Of a stretch of 64,000 bases of DNA, positions 61,900 through 64,000 are shown one piece after another. The DNA lies in assembly GCA_047495785.1 (NCBI GenBank), contig JBLDXI010000003.1:3038001-3102000 (forward strand). Reading direction: 5' to 3'. Positions within the stretch are counted from its first letter, which is position 1. Each line of letters opens with the position of its first letter. The stretch is from Lepidodermella squamata (lineage: Eukaryota > Animalia > Gastrotricha). The position numbers were made by a program, and so were the translations under genes. The notes under the pieces are model-generated. The model made no database searches, was not told the DNA's origin, and worked only from the letters and a program-made list of their open reading frames with translations.

Positions 61900-64000
61900 T
61901 TAAAGAAAAGCACCTGAGATAAACTCGGCTTCCTTTAATTCGGCTTGCACTTGCGAATTCAGCGCTCCACCGAGTACTAAGATAACGAAAAATTCTCCGC
62001 CTAAAAAAATGTAGCAAGAAATAACTCACCGCAAACCGGTGTTGGAACCGACCACCTGCCATCATCCCGGCAAGTTACCGTCGCCATATTATCGACCAAG
62101 TTGTAACCCGAATCACAGGCGTAGACCAGGGCGTCACCGGCAGTTGGCCGGGCGCCAAGATAGCGCCGTTGCGAAACAAAGCCGTTTCGAACAACCGGCT
62201 CAGAGTCGCAATATTTGACTGTTGCGATGCATTCGGGCAATCTAGACCAGGTCCCATCTGATTGGCAAACTGCGGTTGATAGTTCGCGGTATAATTCGTA
62301 ACCAGCGTTACAGGTAAATGTCGCGACTGCGCCAACTTCCGGCCTCGATCCCGACCATTGCCGTCGGGTTAGTAACCCGTTCCGGATCATTGGATCCGGG
62401 TCGCAATATTTTGGTAGGGAGATGCATTCGGGTAAACTCGACCATTTCCCATCTGATTGGCAGGTAGCAGTTGCCCGGTCTTGGTATAACTGGAAGCCGG
62501 GGTTGCAATTGAAGGTCGCAATCGCCCCCACCCCAGGCTGTGAGCCAGTCCATTGACGTGTGACGAGTTTCCCGTTACCAATCCAAGGTTCCGGGTCGCA
62601 GTATTTCGGGGCGATCGCGACACATTCGGGCAAAACTGACCAAGTTCCATCTGACTGGCAAGTTGCAGTTGATTCTCCTCGGTAGAGTTCGAACCCAGAG
62701 TTACATCTGAACCTGGCTACGTCACCTGGGCCAGTTTGGGACCCAGACCATTGCCTGGTTTCTATTATTCCGTTTCGAATCACGGGGTCGGGTTGACACA
62801 ATTTCCGACTTGGGACACATTCAGGCAAAACAGACCAAGTTCCATCCGATTGGCACGTCGCTGTTGATTCGCCTCGGTATAGCTCGAAGCCAGGGTCACA
62901 TTTGAACCTAGCTACGTCACCTGGACCAGGTTGAGATCCGGACCATCGCCTAGTTTCTATGATCCCGTTTCGAATCACAGGTTCGGGTTGGCATGACTTC
63001 CGACTTGGGACGCATTCAGGCGATCTCGACCATTTGCCATCGGGCTGGCAAGTCGCCGTTGAAATGCCGTCTCGAAATTCGAAACCAGGCGCACAGGAGT
63101 AGTTCGCAACTGCGCCGATTTCCGGTAAAGTCCAGGACCAACGCCGTGAGCATAAAATTCCGTTCGGTATTTCTGGCTCCGGCCCGCATGACGGTGTGAC
63201 TTTCACGCATCTTGGAACCGGGGTTGACCATTGGCCATTACTACGGCAGTTAATTCGACCGGCTTTTGGGTTTTCGAGTTCGTAACCCGGGTTACACGTG
63301 TAGGTGGCAGAGTCGCCGATTTCGGGATCGTCTTCTCCACTCGATAACCGATATCGGCTATTTGGTACTGAGGGAAGTTGGGCGCATGTCGTTTTCGGAG
63401 GCTGAGGCTTTACTGCTGGCTGAGGTTTCGGCGGTGGAGCTGGATCTCCGGCAGCTATGAAATTTGCAAGCAAAATTTTAGGAAAATTAAACAAGAAATG
63501 ACATACGGATGCAAACTGGTAGAGCGCTCCAGATGGCATCAGGCTGGCAAACGATGAACATATTTTCCACCATGTTGTAGCCGGAATCGCATTCATAAAC
63601 TAATTAATGATAATGTACACAAAAATCGTGAAAATTAAAATTAAAATTATTTTACCAATAAAATCGCCTGCCGTGTTCCGGTCGACTGCCGATCCTGTGA
63701 CGGCTCGAGCATTCCTCACTTTAGGAGGTGCGCCACAAGACAAAGACCGATCAACTACAATTTAAAAAATTAGCAAAATATTACTAAGAAAATTCAAGAA
63801 AATTAAAATTATAAATTATCCAAATTGAAAATTATTTAAATTTTAAAATTTAATATAAATTCTAGCTCATTTGTTTTACCTTCAGGTGAAACTTTGGCGA
63901 TAAGAGCCGGAATTCTAGATTGAACCGTAACACCCAGTTCGATCGCATAGCGGAGCTCCTGAACTTGGCGAATATCAGGCAGCGATAGGAAACCAACATA
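61900..64000 (-). CDS. Sushi-array protein, 5' partial: end of the unknown N-domain plus about 8 Sushi domains
   Basis: 64000-63880 reads YVGFLSLPDIRQVQELRYAIELGVTVQSRIPALIAKV; large exon with tandem near-identical Sushi units; probable last exon ...EAEFISGAFL*. Confidence 0.8.

Overview
Eukaryotic, intron-containing DNA from an invertebrate animal. It has AT-rich GT-AG introns, many ~50 nt, with nematode-like TTTTCAG acceptors; the taxon cannot be fixed from sequence alone. The window is a cluster of genes for secreted proteins. It holds a partial astacin-EGF-CUB metalloprotease gene and ten minus-strand Sushi/CCP genes with 1 to ~35 Sushi modules each. These are variably capped by a ~170-aa N-terminal domain I do not recognise, PAN domains, mucin tracts or a MIDAS-degenerate C-terminal VWA domain. 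Interleaved with them, and in two cases nested antisense in their introns, are five genes for signal-peptide-bearing, very cationic, low-complexity (K/R/G/S/A/Y/H) proteins that share an identical 46-nt first coding exon. Together these look like a co-clustered secreted-material system (glue, eggshell, cocoon or coat), though that function is inference. Below the ORF-track cutoff there is a three-copy 53-57 aa microprotein family with synonymous-biased divergence and identically spaced TATA boxes. Also present: three intronic tRNA genes, a decayed Ty1/copia gag and several MITEs, one of them inserted in frame into a coding exon. Gene spans run ATG to stop and were spliced by hand; Sushi counts are approximate.
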